Of a DNA stretch of 52,409 nucleotides, positions 36,481 to 47,115 are shown piece after piece. Each line of letters opens with the position of its first letter. Position 1 is the stretch's first letter. The stretch lies in contig JBNJCW010000005.1 of NCBI GenBank assembly GCA_051744345.1, forward strand, positions 1-52,409, in the 5' to 3' direction. The notes beneath the pieces were generated by a model. The model did no database searches, was not told the DNA's origin, and saw only the letters and a program-made list of their open reading frames with translations. A program made the translations under genes and the position numbers. Origin of the DNA: Actinomycetota bacterium. Its GTDB lineage: Bacteria > Actinomycetota > Humimicrobiia > Humimicrobiales > Humimicrobiaceae.

Positions 36481-36916
36481 CTCTTAAAAAATGAAGCAAA
36501 AGAGTATGCTGTCTTGGGCGGTTGTGCGTGCACTATGTTTGAAGCAGCATGGTATTTAAGGGGCTTAGAAAGTTTTTTAACAGATTTTTACCTGAACAAG
36601 GATTTTGTAATTGATTTACTGGATAAAACGATGAACTATTCCTTGGTTAAAACTTTCATTTTGGGGTAACGTTGATACCGGAAAGGTATTAAATTTGGGT
36701 GAATTCAAAGATGTTGCTGAAGAGGTTAGAAAGGTGATTGAGATACTCTCTCCAGGAGGAGGGCATATTTTATGCACCAATCATACAATATAATCTTCAG
36801 CTAGAGCAGTAGATAATACTATAGCTTATTATTGGGCGGCAGATCATTTTAGAAACTATCCCATAAATGTTAGAAAAGTGGTTTCAGATAAAAATTTAGA
36901 TATTTATTTTACCTAA
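36481..36916 (+). pseudogene. URO-D / MtaA-CmuA-family pseudogene fragment
   Basis: TMFEAAWYLRGLESFLTDFYLNKDFVIDLLD joined out of frame near 36650 to KLSFWGNVD...EEVRKVIEILSPGGGHILCTNHTI*; internal TAA 36791. Confidence 0.78.
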
Positions 36917-36922
36917 GAAATA

Positions 36923-37816
36923 TTACCAGAATATCTTAGCCGCTGTCCTTATAGCTCCAGGATTCAGCCTGTAGGCAGCAGATATCTCACAGTGGGCAGC
37001 ATACCCGCATTTTGCACAGGATATATCTTCCAGCCTGTTCTTCAGGTAGCAGCCATGGTGTATATAACCGTCGGGGTCTACACTGGCTATAAGAAAGTCA
37101 TGGCACTTCCAGCTGTTATCCTTCATTTTCTTGAGGCAGTGGTGGGAATCAAGCAGGCTATAGCCCTGTTTTTTAAGATAAATAAGGTTATCCAGGACCT
37201 CTTTTCTTTTCTGCATACCTACGCTCAGCTCTTCTATTCCGGGGAAGGGATAAAAAAACTGTATGGTTACCCCCTTTATTTTCCCCTCAAGGTATTTAAC
37301 CAGCCTGGTAATATGGTCCTGGTTTAAGCTGGATATGGTTATATTGGCAATTATCTTTTTATCCCTGTGCCTTTCTATATTGTCCATAATCCTGTCAAAG
37401 CTTTTGCCCCTTATCCGGTCGTGGACCTCTTTTGTCCCGTCAATGGATACGAAGTATATGTCAGGGTTGGCAGTTGACAGGTCTATGGTGCCGTTGGTGG
37501 TTATACCTACGGAGAAGAACATGCTTTTTGCTGTTTCGGTTAAAGGAAAGATTCCCTTCCACAAAAGCGGTTCCCCGCCTTCAAAAATCAGTATCCTTAT
37601 CCCTTCTGAATGCAGTTTGTGGAGTATTTTCTCTGCTTCATTAAATGATATGTCCTGGCCGGGCTTTCTCCAGAACGGGCAGTGGAAACATTTTAGGTTG
37701 CATTTGTGGGTAAGCTTGAACCCGCAGAGCAGGGGGTGTGGGCGGCTGGGGCTAACCCTTGCCCTTAGCCTGTATCTTATTAGGTAGCAAAGCTGGTTAA
37801 AATTAGATTGTCCCAT
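36923..37816 (-). CDS. Radical SAM protein with C-terminal Cys-containing (SPASM/twitch-like) region
   Basis: CNLKCFHC, GGEP, TTNG, VSIDG..HDRIRG; C-terminal C...GC...CAKC. Confidence 0.88.
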   Translation of the reverse strand: MGQSNFNQLCYLIRYRLRARVSPSRPHPLLCGFKLTHKCNLKCFHCPFWRKPGQDISFNEAEKILHKLHSEGIRILIFEGGEPLLWKGIFPLTETAKSMFFSVGITTNGTIDLSTANPDIYFVSIDGTKEVHDRIRGKSFDRIMDNIERHRDKKIIANITISSLNQDHITRLVKYLEGKIKGVTIQFFYPFPGIEELSVGMQKRKEVLDNLIYLKKQGYSLLDSHHCLKKMKDNSWKCHDFLIASVDPDGYIHHGCYLKNRLEDISCAKCGYAAHCEISAAYRLNPGAIRTAAKIFW

Positions 37817-37904
37817 AACAGCAGGCTATGTTAAATAATGAATTGATAATATCACGCCCAGGCTTTAAAATATAGTTGATATAAGCAATAAAAGAGGAGA
37901 GATA

Positions 37905-38201
37905 TTGGGTTTTTTGGATAATTTAAAAAAGGCTTTCTTGGGATCACCTTCAGCTGCATCGAATTTCATAGAATTCAAGGTAAAGTGCGGCAAATGCGGA
38001 GAAGAGATTGGGGTAAAGGCAAGAAAGACCAGTGACATTTCCAGGATATATGAAGATGATGGCCCGGATGGGGCCAGCTTTTTTTTGAGGAAAGAAATAC
38101 TGGGTAAAGAATGCAACAACCTCATATATGTCAGTATGTATTTTGGTCCATCTTACGAGGTTGTATCCAGGGATATTTCCGGTGGCAGTTTTATAGAATA
38201 A
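37905..38201 (+). CDS. Small hypothetical protein, possible zinc ribbon
   Basis: TTG start behind GAGGAG; VKCGKCGE and a distal Cys. Confidence 0.7.
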   Translation: MGFLDNLKKAFLGSPSAASNFIEFKVKCGKCGEEIGVKARKTSDISRIYEDDGPDGASFFLRKEILGKECNNLIYVSMYFGPSYEVVSRDISGGSFIE

Positions 38202-38264
38202 TTTAGATAATAGAGCGAAATTATGTTAAAATTCTTAAGGCTGTTTGCTAATAGAAGGAAATAA

Positions 38265-39680
38265 ATGGGAAAGAAAAAAAACCTATCGGTCATAGTCCTT
38301 GCAGCGGGCAAGGGAACCCGAATGAAATCTTCTTACCCCAAGGTTCTGCATACAATTTTTGGAAAGCCCATGCTCTTTTATATACTCAGGAGTGTCTACA
38401 GGCTGGAGCCAAGGAATGTCTTTGTGGTGGTAGGATACAGAAAGGAACTGATAAAAGAGTATCTTTTAAAAGAGTTTCCCCGGGCGGTAGCTGTTGACCA
38501 GGACCGGCAGCTGGGCACGGCCCATGCTGTGAGCACAGCTTCAGGCTGCAGGAAAGATATGGGCAGCCAGGTCATGGTTTTAAGCGGAGACTGCCCCCTG
38601 ATACTTCCCGCTACACTGGCCAGGCTGGCTGACAAGCAGGCCAGGACTAAAAGCAGTGCTACTATTTTAAGCACTGTGCTTGCTGACCCTACCGGTTACG
38701 GAAGGATTTTAAAGGACGGACAGGGCAATGTAGTGAAGGTGGTTGAGGAAGATGATGCAACTAAAGACCAGAAGATGATAAACCAGGTAAACACCTCTAT
38801 CTACTGTTTTGACCGGGACAGCCTTTTTGACGGACTTAAAGGTATCGGCACTTCCAATACCCAGAACGAATACTACCTTACGGATATAGCAGGGGAGCTG
38901 GTAGCGGCAGAAAAAAAGGTTACAACCATGAAGCTGGCAGATTATGTGCAGGTATTGGGGGTAAACGACCGTATCCAGCTTTCAGGGACCGAAAGGATAA
39001 TGCAGCAGAGGATCAATGAAAAGCTTATGGCCGGAGGAGTTACCATACGCAATCCCGAAAATACCTATATACAGGATACGGTAAGAATCGGGCCGGATAC
39101 GGTTATAGAGCCCTACTGCTTTATCAGCGGCAATACCAGAATCGGGGCTGAGTGTATGATTGGGCCTTTCTGCCAGATTGCTGACAGCACCATAGGCAAG
39201 AAAACCAGCATAAACTCTTCGGTGGTACTGGGTTCGTCTATAGGGGAGGAGAACAATATAGGCCCCTACAGCTACATAAGGCCCAATACCCGCACTGGAC
39301 GCAAGGTAAAGGTAGGCGGCTTCTGCGAGGTCAAAAAATCTGCTGTAGGGCAGGGAAGCAAGGTCCCCCACCTAAGCTATGTCGGGGATACGGATATAGG
39401 GGAGAGGGTTAATATCGGCGCTTCCTGTGTTACCGTAAATTATGACGGGTACCAGAAGCACAAGACGGTTATAGAGGATGATGTTTTTATAGGCTCCGAT
39501 ACAATGCTCATTGCTCCGGTAAGGGTGGGCAGGGGCGCTATTGTTGCAGCCGGCTCGGTAATAACTGATGATATTCCCCCGGACTGCCTGGCCATAGCAA
39601 GGGGCATGCAGAAAAATTTAGAGCAGGGCGCCATAAGGTACAGGAAAAAGAAGGAAAAGAAAGATAATAGGAGAAGCTAA
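38265..39680 (+). CDS. glmU: Bifunctional UDP-GlcNAc pyrophosphorylase / acetyltransferase
   Basis: LAAGKGTRMKS, QLGTAHA, GYGRI, EYYLTD, hexapeptide repeats, HLSYVGD, NYDG. Confidence 0.97.
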   Translation: MGKKKNLSVIVLAAGKGTRMKSSYPKVLHTIFGKPMLFYILRSVYRLEPRNVFVVVGYRKELIKEYLLKEFPRAVAVDQDRQLGTAHAVSTASGCRKDMGSQVMVLSGDCPLILPATLARLADKQARTKSSATILSTVLADPTGYGRILKDGQGNVVKVVEEDDATKDQKMINQVNTSIYCFDRDSLFDGLKGIGTSNTQNEYYLTDIAGELVAAEKKVTTMKLADYVQVLGVNDRIQLSGTERIMQQRINEKLMAGGVTIRNPENTYIQDTVRIGPDTVIEPYCFISGNTRIGAECMIGPFCQIADSTIGKKTSINSSVVLGSSIGEENNIGPYSYIRPNTRTGRKVKVGGFCEVKKSAVGQGSKVPHLSYVGDTDIGERVNIGASCVTVNYDGYQKHKTVIEDDVFIGSDTMLIAPVRVGRGAIVAAGSVITDDIPPDCLAIARGMQKNLEQGAIRYRKKKEKKDNRRS

Positions 39681-40649
39681 ATGAGAGACTATCCCACAAA
39701 CAAAAGACTGATGATTTTTTCCGGCTCATCAAATATTTCCCTGGCAGAAAAGATATCCAAAAATCTGGGCATAGCCCTGGGGAAGATTACCCGCACCAAA
39801 TTCAGGAACGGAGAGATATATGTAAAATTTGATGAAAGCGTGAGGGGAGCGGATGTTTTTTTGGTACAGACCTGCAGCCCTCCGGTAAATGACAATGTTA
39901 TGGAGCTCCTTATAATGATAGACGCATTAAAAAGGGCTTCTGCGGGAATGATAAATGCGGTTATTCCCCATTACGGCTATGCCAGGCAGGATAAGAAGGC
40001 AGAAGGCAGGGAACCCATAACCGCCAAGCTTTTTGCTGATATTCTGGAGGTGGCAGGCATTGACCGCCTGATAGTAACGGACCTGCATACAGCAACCATA
40101 CAGGGTTTTTTTGATGTGCCTGTAGACCACATTACTGCCATACCCATTATTGCCAAGTACTTCATGAAAAAAGAACTTTCCGATGGAGTAGTGGTGAGCC
40201 CGGATGTAGGCGGGGTTAAGAGGGCAAGCATTTTGGCCAGGCTTCTTCACTACCCCCTGGCCATATTTGACAAGAGGCGGCCTTCCCAGAATGTTGCCGA
40301 GATAGAGCATTTGGTGGGAGAGGTGAAAGGAAAGGATGCCATCCTTTTCGATGATATGATAGACACAGGCGGAACCCTGGTGGAAGCCATTGACATGATG
40401 ATAGCAAATGGGGTTAAAAGGGTTTTTGCTGCAGCCACCCACCCTATATTTTCCAAGAATGCAATAGAGATGCTCCAGGAGTCTAAAGCGGAGGAAATAG
40501 TGGTGGCAGATACGCTGCCCATAATAAAGCCCTACGACCCCGAAAGGATAAAAGTGGTATCTATTGCCCCCTTGCTTGCAAAAACCATAAAAAAAGTTTA
40601 TCATTGCAAATCTGTAAGCGAGTTGTTTAAAGGCGAAAATCTGGTTTAA
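39681..40649 (+). CDS. prs: Ribose-phosphate pyrophosphokinase
   Basis: YGYARQDKK, DLH, VSPDVGG, DDMIDTGGT. Confidence 0.97.
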   Translation: MRDYPTNKRLMIFSGSSNISLAEKISKNLGIALGKITRTKFRNGEIYVKFDESVRGADVFLVQTCSPPVNDNVMELLIMIDALKRASAGMINAVIPHYGYARQDKKAEGREPITAKLFADILEVAGIDRLIVTDLHTATIQGFFDVPVDHITAIPIIAKYFMKKELSDGVVVSPDVGGVKRASILARLLHYPLAIFDKRRPSQNVAEIEHLVGEVKGKDAILFDDMIDTGGTLVEAIDMMIANGVKRVFAAATHPIFSKNAIEMLQESKAEEIVVADTLPIIKPYDPERIKVVSIAPLLAKTIKKVYHCKSVSELFKGENLV

Positions 40650-40676
40650 TTAAAAATTTAGAGGCAGGTGTAATAA

Positions 40677-41378
40677 ATGGAGAGTTTGAGTTTAACTGTT
40701 GACAAAAGAGATGAAAAAGAGCTGGGCAATAATGCTGCCGGAAGGCTTAGAAGAAAAAACTTTATTCCCGCAGTGCTTTACGGCCTGGCCAGGGAACCTA
40801 TGAGCGTAAAGGTTGATGTCAAGGATTTTTCAGGCATTATTAAGGGTAAGGGAACAGCCAACCTCATATTTGATCTATCTATAGGCAAATCAAAGAAAAA
40901 AGAAGCGGTTATATTAAAGGATATGCAGAGGGATCCCATAACCAGGGACTTTCTCCATATTGATTTCTTGAGGATTGAGATGAAGAAAGAGGTGGAAACC
41001 CAGGTTCCCATACATATACTTAATGAGCAGATAGCGGCGGGAATAAAGGAAGAAGGGGGTGTGCTGCAGCACAGCTTAAGGGAGCTGCATGTGGCCTGCC
41101 TTCCCAGGGATATACCCGAGAGCATTGATTTTGACATAAAAGAGCTTAAAATCGGTGACACAGTGAGGGTTGAAGACCTCCAGGCTGGTGATAATATAAG
41201 GGTCTTAAATGATCCCCAGGAGGTTATCATATCCATCATACATCCTTCACAGCTGATTGAGGAGGAAGTTGAAGAAGAGGTTGAAGCAGAAGAGCCCGAA
41301 CTGATTGGAAAAGAGGGTGAAGAGCCTGAAGAAGCAGAAGAGCAGGAAGAAACCAAGGAACAGCCTGCAGAGGAATAA
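40677..41378 (+). CDS. rplY: 50S ribosomal protein L25/Ctc
   Basis: RLRR..IPAVLYG, HIDF, GGVL, acidic tail. Confidence 0.95.
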   Translation: MESLSLTVDKRDEKELGNNAAGRLRRKNFIPAVLYGLAREPMSVKVDVKDFSGIIKGKGTANLIFDLSIGKSKKKEAVILKDMQRDPITRDFLHIDFLRIEMKKEVETQVPIHILNEQIAAGIKEEGGVLQHSLRELHVACLPRDIPESIDFDIKELKIGDTVRVEDLQAGDNIRVLNDPQEVIISIIHPSQLIEEEVEEEVEAEEPELIGKEGEEPEEAEEQEETKEQPAEE

Positions 41379-41390
41379 GCTGGAAGGGCC

Positions 41391-41945
41391 ATGATTTTAG
41401 TTATAGGCCTTGGCAATCCCGGCATAAAATATGCGGCTAACAGGCATAATGTTGGCTTTATGGTTATTGATACCATGGTAGCCAGGTTTGGCGGCAGCAT
41501 ATACAACAAGTTTAATTCTGAAATAATCAAGCTAAGCCTCAGCGCCAGAGAAGTGCTTATGGCCAAACCCCTTACCTATATGAACAGAAGCGGGGGAGCG
41601 GTAGGCTCTATTACCGGCTACTACGGCAGTGAAATTTCTGAGATGCTGGTTATCCATGATGACCTGGATATAGAGTTTGGGCAGATAAGGTTTAAGGCAG
41701 GCGGGGGAACAGCCGGCCACAGGGGCCTTAACTCCATTGCTTCGGTTACAAAAACAAAGGATTTTCACCGGCTGAGGGTAGGTATAGGAAGGCCTGAAGG
41801 ATCCAAAGACCCTTCAGTTTATGTTCTGGAAGATTTTAGCAGAAAGCAGGCTGAAGAGCTGCCGTTTATCCTGGAGACAGCCTCCCGGGCAGTGGAAGAC
41901 TACATCTGCCATGGCCTGGATAATGTCATGAATAAATACAATTGA
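41391..41945 (+). CDS. pth: Peptidyl-tRNA hydrolase
   Basis: GLGNPG, RHNVGF, KPLTYMNRSG, HDDLD, GHRGL, RLRVGIGRP. Confidence 0.96.
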   Translation: MILVIGLGNPGIKYAANRHNVGFMVIDTMVARFGGSIYNKFNSEIIKLSLSAREVLMAKPLTYMNRSGGAVGSITGYYGSEISEMLVIHDDLDIEFGQIRFKAGGGTAGHRGLNSIASVTKTKDFHRLRVGIGRPEGSKDPSVYVLEDFSRKQAEELPFILETASRAVEDYICHGLDNVMNKYN

Positions 41946-41979
41946 TTGGCTGCTGCAATCAATTTTTACTGCTTAAGTT

Positions 41980-44900
41980 ATGTTAGTTAACCTATTTTCA
42001 AAACAGGACGAATTTAAAAATATTATTGGCCATTTTCCCCAGAAAAAGGGCGTTCTAAGCATGGGGGTCGAAGAGGACATATGGCCTTTTTTTATTTCCT
42101 TTATTGCTTCTTTTCACCCCATGCCGCTGCTGGTTATAACCTCCACTATTGACCGCGCGAGGGAGCTTGAAAAGGAGCTTTCCCTGCTTACAGGCAAAAA
42201 GATATTCAGCTGGCCACCTGCAGGAAGCAGTGCATACTACAGAAACAAGGCCGGCGATATCATGAGCATAAGCGAAAGGCTGAAAGCCGTAAAGGCGCTT
42301 AAGTCAGGGAAAAAACCGGTGATTGTTTCAGGGATTAGCGCCTGCCTAAACCTCATGGATAAAGAAAAAGCGGACAGGTTAAATCCCCTAACCCTTGCTT
42401 TGGGAAATACCTTCAACAGGGAGAAGCTTGGTGCAAGCCTTATAAAAGCAGGGTATGAAAGGGTTAATATGGTATACGATAAGGGTGAGTTCAGCATAAA
42501 AGGCTCGCTGCTGGATATCTACGAGGTGGGAAGCGACTTTATAGCCAGGCTTGACTTTTTCGGGGATGAGCTGGAGAGCGTATACCGTATAAGCCCGGTA
42601 AGCAGAAAAATACTGGGCAAAGAAGAAAAGGTATCCATCTTTCCCCATATAAATCCCTGGGAACCGGGCAGGGGCAAGGGGGTATCCCTGCAGCAGTATA
42701 TAAAGGAAAGCTCCGGTTCCTTATGCCTTATTTTATGTGATCCTTTAGAGATAAGCATAAAGCTTGGAAGTGACCGGGAGATACTGCAGAAAATATTGAA
42801 ACAGGATATAGAAAAGACCGTATTTGAAAACATAGAAGATGCCCGGGCCTACCTTATAGGGGAGGAGGAAATTGAAGGCAGTGCCGATATAGTATTTAGG
42901 TTAAACACCTATGCAAAAGGCAGCCGGGGCAAGCTGTGGTTAAAGATAGGTGGCCAGAAGAAAAGTTTTGGCAAACCTGAAACTTTCATTTCCAATATAA
43001 GGAAGGATTTCTCTGCTAAAAGGAAGGTGTTTATTGCTCTTCCGGACACAAAGAGGAGAAAGAAGGTAAAGCAGATACTGACAGAGGAGGGCATATCTTT
43101 CAGGGAAAAGGAAGGGGAACAAAAAGACAGGGCTGCAAACATCACCGGGCAGAAATTGCTCCGGGGATTTGAATCAAAAGATGTTTCCCTTTATGGTGAG
43201 CTGGACATATATGAGTTTCCCAGCAGAAAGCTAAAAGAAGAAAGCCTGTCTTCCCTTAAGGAGATTGAGGATTTTAAGCCGGGGGAATACCTGGTGCACA
43301 AAACTCACGGGATTGGCAGGTATGTGGATATAGTTTCCCGGCAGGTTAACGGGTATAAGAGAGATTATTTTCTCCTAGAATATGCAAAAGGGGACAAACT
43401 CTATGTGCCCACCTGGCAGTCAGACCGCCTGGCCAGGTATATAGGCAGGGAAAACCCCGCCATTACCCCCCTGAACTCCAGGCAGTGGGATACCATGAAA
43501 AAAAGGGTGAGAAAGTCAGTAAAGAAACTGGCTATAGACCTTTCCAGGCTGTATGCGCAGAGGGAGGCATCAGAGGGCTTTTCTTTTCCCAAGGACAGCC
43601 CCTGGCAGAGGGAGGTAGCAGACCTTTTTCCTTTCAGTGAAACCGGAGACCAAACCAAAGCCATAGGCAAGGTCAAGAGGGCAATGGCAGTGCCCAAACC
43701 CATGGACATGCTGTTATGCGGGGATGTGGGGTTTGGGAAAACAGAGGTGGCCATAAGGGCGGCTTTCAGGGCTATTGAGGCTGGAAAACAGGTCATGATG
43801 CTGGTTCCTACCACCATCCTTGCCGGCCAGCACTACAGGACTTTCAGCGAAAGGTACAATGATTACCCGGTTGTGCTGGAGGTTTTAAGCAGGTTCAGGA
43901 AGAAAAGCATTCAGAAGGAGATAATTTCTGCCTTCAATGAGGGAAAAATTGATATGGTGATAGGCACCCACAGGATACTTCAGAAGGATATAAGGCCTCC
44001 CAATCTGGGGCTTATAATAATTGATGAGGAGCAGAGGTTCGGAGTGGCCAGCAAGGAAAAGATAAAGCTTTTAAAAAAGAATGCAGATGTGCTCACCCTT
44101 ACCGCTACCCCCATACCCAGGACCCTTTATATGGCATTAACCGGCATAAGGGATATTGCCACCATACAGACCCATCCCGAGGGAAGAAATCCCATAGAGA
44201 CTTTTGTGGGCAATAAGGATGAGGATATCATAAGGCAGGCAGTGGAGAGAGAGATGGCCAGGGGAGGACAGGTTTATTATGTTTTTAACCGCGTACAGGA
44301 AATAGAATCAAAGATGCGTTACCTCAAAAGCTTGGTTCCCCGGGCAGGGATAGCCATTACCCACGGCCAGATGAGGGGGGCTGCAATTGAGCAGACCATG
44401 GCTGATTTTATAGGAAGAAAATACGATATACTGCTAACCACCACCATAATAGAATCAGGAATGGACATTGGCAATGTAAACACCCTTATAGTGGAGGATT
44501 CCCACCGTTTTGGGCTGTCCCAGCTGTACCAGTTAAGGGGGAGGGTTGGCCGGTCCACAGAGAGGGCATATTCCTATTTCTTTTATCCTAAGAGAAAGGA
44601 CTTAAGCATTACTGCCCTTCGCAGGCTGAAGGCTCTGGCCGAGCATACCGATCTGGGTTCGGGTTACAGTATTGCCTTAAGGGATATGGAAATAAGGGGG
44701 GCAGGGGAAATACTGGGGCCCAGGCAGAGCGGCCATATGGACAGCGTGGGCTTTGACATGTACTGCCAGATAATGAAGGAGGAAGTGGCAAAGATAAAGG
44801 GGCAGGAAATTAAACCGGATTTAAATATCCAGATAGAGATACCGGTAAGCTCATACATACCCAAAAGCTTCATACCCCGGGAGTATGAGAGGATAAACAT

Positions 44901-45273
44901 ATACCGAAACCTGGGAAAGGCAGAAAGTATTGGAGAGATTGACAGGATAGGTGAAGAGCTTGTAGCCAGGCACGCAAATCTGCCCCGGGCGGTTACCAAC
45001 CTCATAAACATTGCCAGAATAAAAATACTGATGCAGAAAGCTTTCATAGCAAGCATGGTGTATTCCAAAGAGGGTATAATGTTTAAGAAAGTGGATCTTG
45101 GCAGCCGCCAGCAGCAGAAACTTGGGCAGATAGACCAGAACCTTTACTATGATGCCGGCGGAAAAGCGATTGTATTGAAGAAATTGGATAAAAACATTGA
45201 TTTGGGTTTAGTCTATAATATTTTAAATGCTATAATAAAATCTATGGATTTTAAACAGGAAAGAGGTAATTAA
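41980..45273 (+). CDS. mfd: Transcription-repair coupling factor
   Basis: RID VHKTHGIG, GDVGFGKTE, DEEQRFG, TATPIPRT, QLRGRVGR, TRG motif DMEIRGAG. Confidence 0.96.
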   Translation: MLVNLFSKQDEFKNIIGHFPQKKGVLSMGVEEDIWPFFISFIASFHPMPLLVITSTIDRARELEKELSLLTGKKIFSWPPAGSSAYYRNKAGDIMSISERLKAVKALKSGKKPVIVSGISACLNLMDKEKADRLNPLTLALGNTFNREKLGASLIKAGYERVNMVYDKGEFSIKGSLLDIYEVGSDFIARLDFFGDELESVYRISPVSRKILGKEEKVSIFPHINPWEPGRGKGVSLQQYIKESSGSLCLILCDPLEISIKLGSDREILQKILKQDIEKTVFENIEDARAYLIGEEEIEGSADIVFRLNTYAKGSRGKLWLKIGGQKKSFGKPETFISNIRKDFSAKRKVFIALPDTKRRKKVKQILTEEGISFREKEGEQKDRAANITGQKLLRGFESKDVSLYGELDIYEFPSRKLKEESLSSLKEIEDFKPGEYLVHKTHGIGRYVDIVSRQVNGYKRDYFLLEYAKGDKLYVPTWQSDRLARYIGRENPAITPLNSRQWDTMKKRVRKSVKKLAIDLSRLYAQREASEGFSFPKDSPWQREVADLFPFSETGDQTKAIGKVKRAMAVPKPMDMLLCGDVGFGKTEVAIRAAFRAIEAGKQVMMLVPTTILAGQHYRTFSERYNDYPVVLEVLSRFRKKSIQKEIISAFNEGKIDMVIGTHRILQKDIRPPNLGLIIIDEEQRFGVASKEKIKLLKKNADVLTLTATPIPRTLYMALTGIRDIATIQTHPEGRNPIETFVGNKDEDIIRQAVEREMARGGQVYYVFNRVQEIESKMRYLKSLVPRAGIAITHGQMRGAAIEQTMADFIGRKYDILLTTTIIESGMDIGNVNTLIVEDSHRFGLSQLYQLRGRVGRSTERAYSYFFYPKRKDLSITALRRLKALAEHTDLGSGYSIALRDMEIRGAGEILGPRQSGHMDSVGFDMYCQIMKEEVAKIKGQEIKPDLNIQIEIPVSSYIPKSFIPREYERINIYRNLGKAESIGEIDRIGEELVARHANLPRAVTNLINIARIKILMQKAFIASMVYSKEGIMFKKVDLGSRQQQKLGQIDQNLYYDAGGKAIVLKKLDKNIDLGLVYNILNAIIKSMDFKQERGN

Positions 45274-45274
45274 A

Positions 45275-46282
45275 TTGAAAAGAATTAGTATTGTTTTGCT
45301 TATCATAATTCTGGGGCTCTTCCTTACCCTGTTTGGGTGTTCCAAGGCCATAGCCAGCGTTAACGGGGAAGAAATAAGTGAAAAGGACATGCAGAGGTAC
45401 CTGGACTTTATAATAGGCCAGGATACTACCGGGGCGTTGGAAGAGGATGGAGAGCAGCTGGAGGCAGTACAGACAAGCATACTTGACTCCCTTATTGTGG
45501 TAAAACTGCTTGAGCAGTATGCGGCAGAAAATAATATAGAGGTAAGCGCAGAAGATATAGACGAGGAGATCCAGCAGATAATTGCTTCCTATTCCTCTCA
45601 GGCTGAATTCGAGCAGGAACTGGAAAGCAGAGCCATCAGCGAGGATTTCTTAAGGGCAGAGATAAAGGATCAGATTTTAAGGGTAAAGATTTATGAGCAG
45701 GTTACAGAGGATATAGAAATAACCGAGCAGGAGGCAAGGGAGTTTTACGAGGAGAATAAAGAGGCCATGTTTATGGAGCCGGAAAGGGTAAAGGTAAGCC
45801 ATATACTGGCACAGTTCGGGACCCAAGAAGGACAGGTTGAACCTTCAGAGTCGGCAGTACAGGATGCCAGAGACAAAATTGAGGAAGCCCTCAGACAGCT
45901 GGAAGACGGGAAGCCGTTTGAGGAAGTGGCAAAAGATCTCTCCGATGACAGGCTGTCAGCTGAAAACGGGGGAGATCTGGGATATATCAGCAGGGGTGAA
46001 ATGGTAGAAGAGTTTGAACAAGCAGCTTTTAGCCTTAAAGTGGGGGAGTTAAGTGATATTGTGGAAACCATATACGGCCTGCATTTGTTGAAGGTTGTTG
46101 ACCGGCAGGAGGAACACATAAAGGAATTTGAAGAAGAGAAAGAAACCGCTATTGCTTTTCTGGAGAACGAGGAAAAGAATCAGATATGGACAGATTTCAT
46201 TTACGGGCTGATAGATGAAGCAAAAATAGAGTACCATACAGATATAAAGAGTACCCTGGTTCCCGAGGAAGGCCAGCAATAA
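45275..46282 (+). CDS. PrsA/SurA-like parvulin PPIase lipoprotein
   Basis: Lipobox LFGC, VNGEEI, SHIL, GGDLG, FEQAAFSL, YGLHL. Confidence 0.88.
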   Translation: MKRISIVLLIIILGLFLTLFGCSKAIASVNGEEISEKDMQRYLDFIIGQDTTGALEEDGEQLEAVQTSILDSLIVVKLLEQYAAENNIEVSAEDIDEEIQQIIASYSSQAEFEQELESRAISEDFLRAEIKDQILRVKIYEQVTEDIEITEQEAREFYEENKEAMFMEPERVKVSHILAQFGTQEGQVEPSESAVQDARDKIEEALRQLEDGKPFEEVAKDLSDDRLSAENGGDLGYISRGEMVEEFEQAAFSLKVGELSDIVETIYGLHLLKVVDRQEEHIKEFEEEKETAIAFLENEEKNQIWTDFIYGLIDEAKIEYHTDIKSTLVPEEGQQ

Positions 46283-47115
46283 TGGAGGATATGGATTACA
46301 GGCAATTAAAGGATATTGACAAAATAGACGACAGCAGCAGGCTGTTTGAAATCCTTCTGGGAATAATGGCCAGACTAAGGGCTCCGGACGGCTGCATGTG
46401 GGACAGGGAACAGGACCATCAGAGCCTTAAGAAAAACCTTATCGAAGAAACCTACGAAGCTGTAGAGTCCATAGAAAAGAAGGACACTGCTTCCCTGAAG
46501 GAAGAGCTGGGGGATTTGCTCCTGCAGGTTGTCTTTCACAGCCAGATTGGTTCGGAGAATAAGGATTTTGATATAAACGGGGTCATGAGGGCCATTATAA
46601 GTAAGCTGGTAAGGAGGCATCCCCATGTTTTTTCAAACCAGAAGGTGAAAAACTCTGAGGAAGTCCTGGCTAACTGGGAGAGTATCAAGAAGAAGGAAAG
46701 GAAAGAAAATAAAAAATCTGATTCTATCTTTTCCAATATACCCATGATCCTTCCCGCCCTCCATTATGCTTATGAGATACAGAGAAGGGCAGCAAGGCTT
46801 GGTTTTGACTGGGATAATGCTGCCGAGGTATTTGACAAAATAGAAGAAGAGGCACAAGAGCTGAAGGAAGGGCTTAAATCCGATGATATGGAGGCAGCCA
46901 GGCAGGAAATAGGGGACCTTCTTTTTTCAGTGGTAAACCTAAGCCGCAAGCTTGGGATTGACTGTGAAGAAAGCCTGAAGCGCACATGCAGGAAGTTCAT
47001 AGAGCGCTTCGACCTTATGGAAAGGTATGCTGAAAAAAAGAATGTAGATTTTAAATCCCTTTCCTTAAAAGATAAGGACAGGCTTTGGGAAAAAGCAAAG
47101 GGAGAGCTGTTATGA
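46282..47115 (+). CDS. mazG: Nucleoside triphosphate pyrophosphohydrolase
   Basis: LRAPDGCMWDREQ, EETYE, EELGDLL, RRHPHVF, GFDW, EIGDLLF. Confidence 0.95.
   Translation: MEDMDYRQLKDIDKIDDSSRLFEILLGIMARLRAPDGCMWDREQDHQSLKKNLIEETYEAVESIEKKDTASLKEELGDLLLQVVFHSQIGSENKDFDINGVMRAIISKLVRRHPHVFSNQKVKNSEEVLANWESIKKKERKENKKSDSIFSNIPMILPALHYAYEIQRRAARLGFDWDNAAEVFDKIEEEAQELKEGLKSDDMEAARQEIGDLLFSVVNLSRKLGIDCEESLKRTCRKFIERFDLMERYAEKKNVDFKSLSLKDKDRLWEKAKGELL

Noticed and set aside
39927-41566. Long antisense ORFs (225 and 262 aa) opposite prs, rplY and pth
   Set aside because: Shadow frames of conserved genes; the Ser-rich run mirrors the Glu-rich L25 tail.
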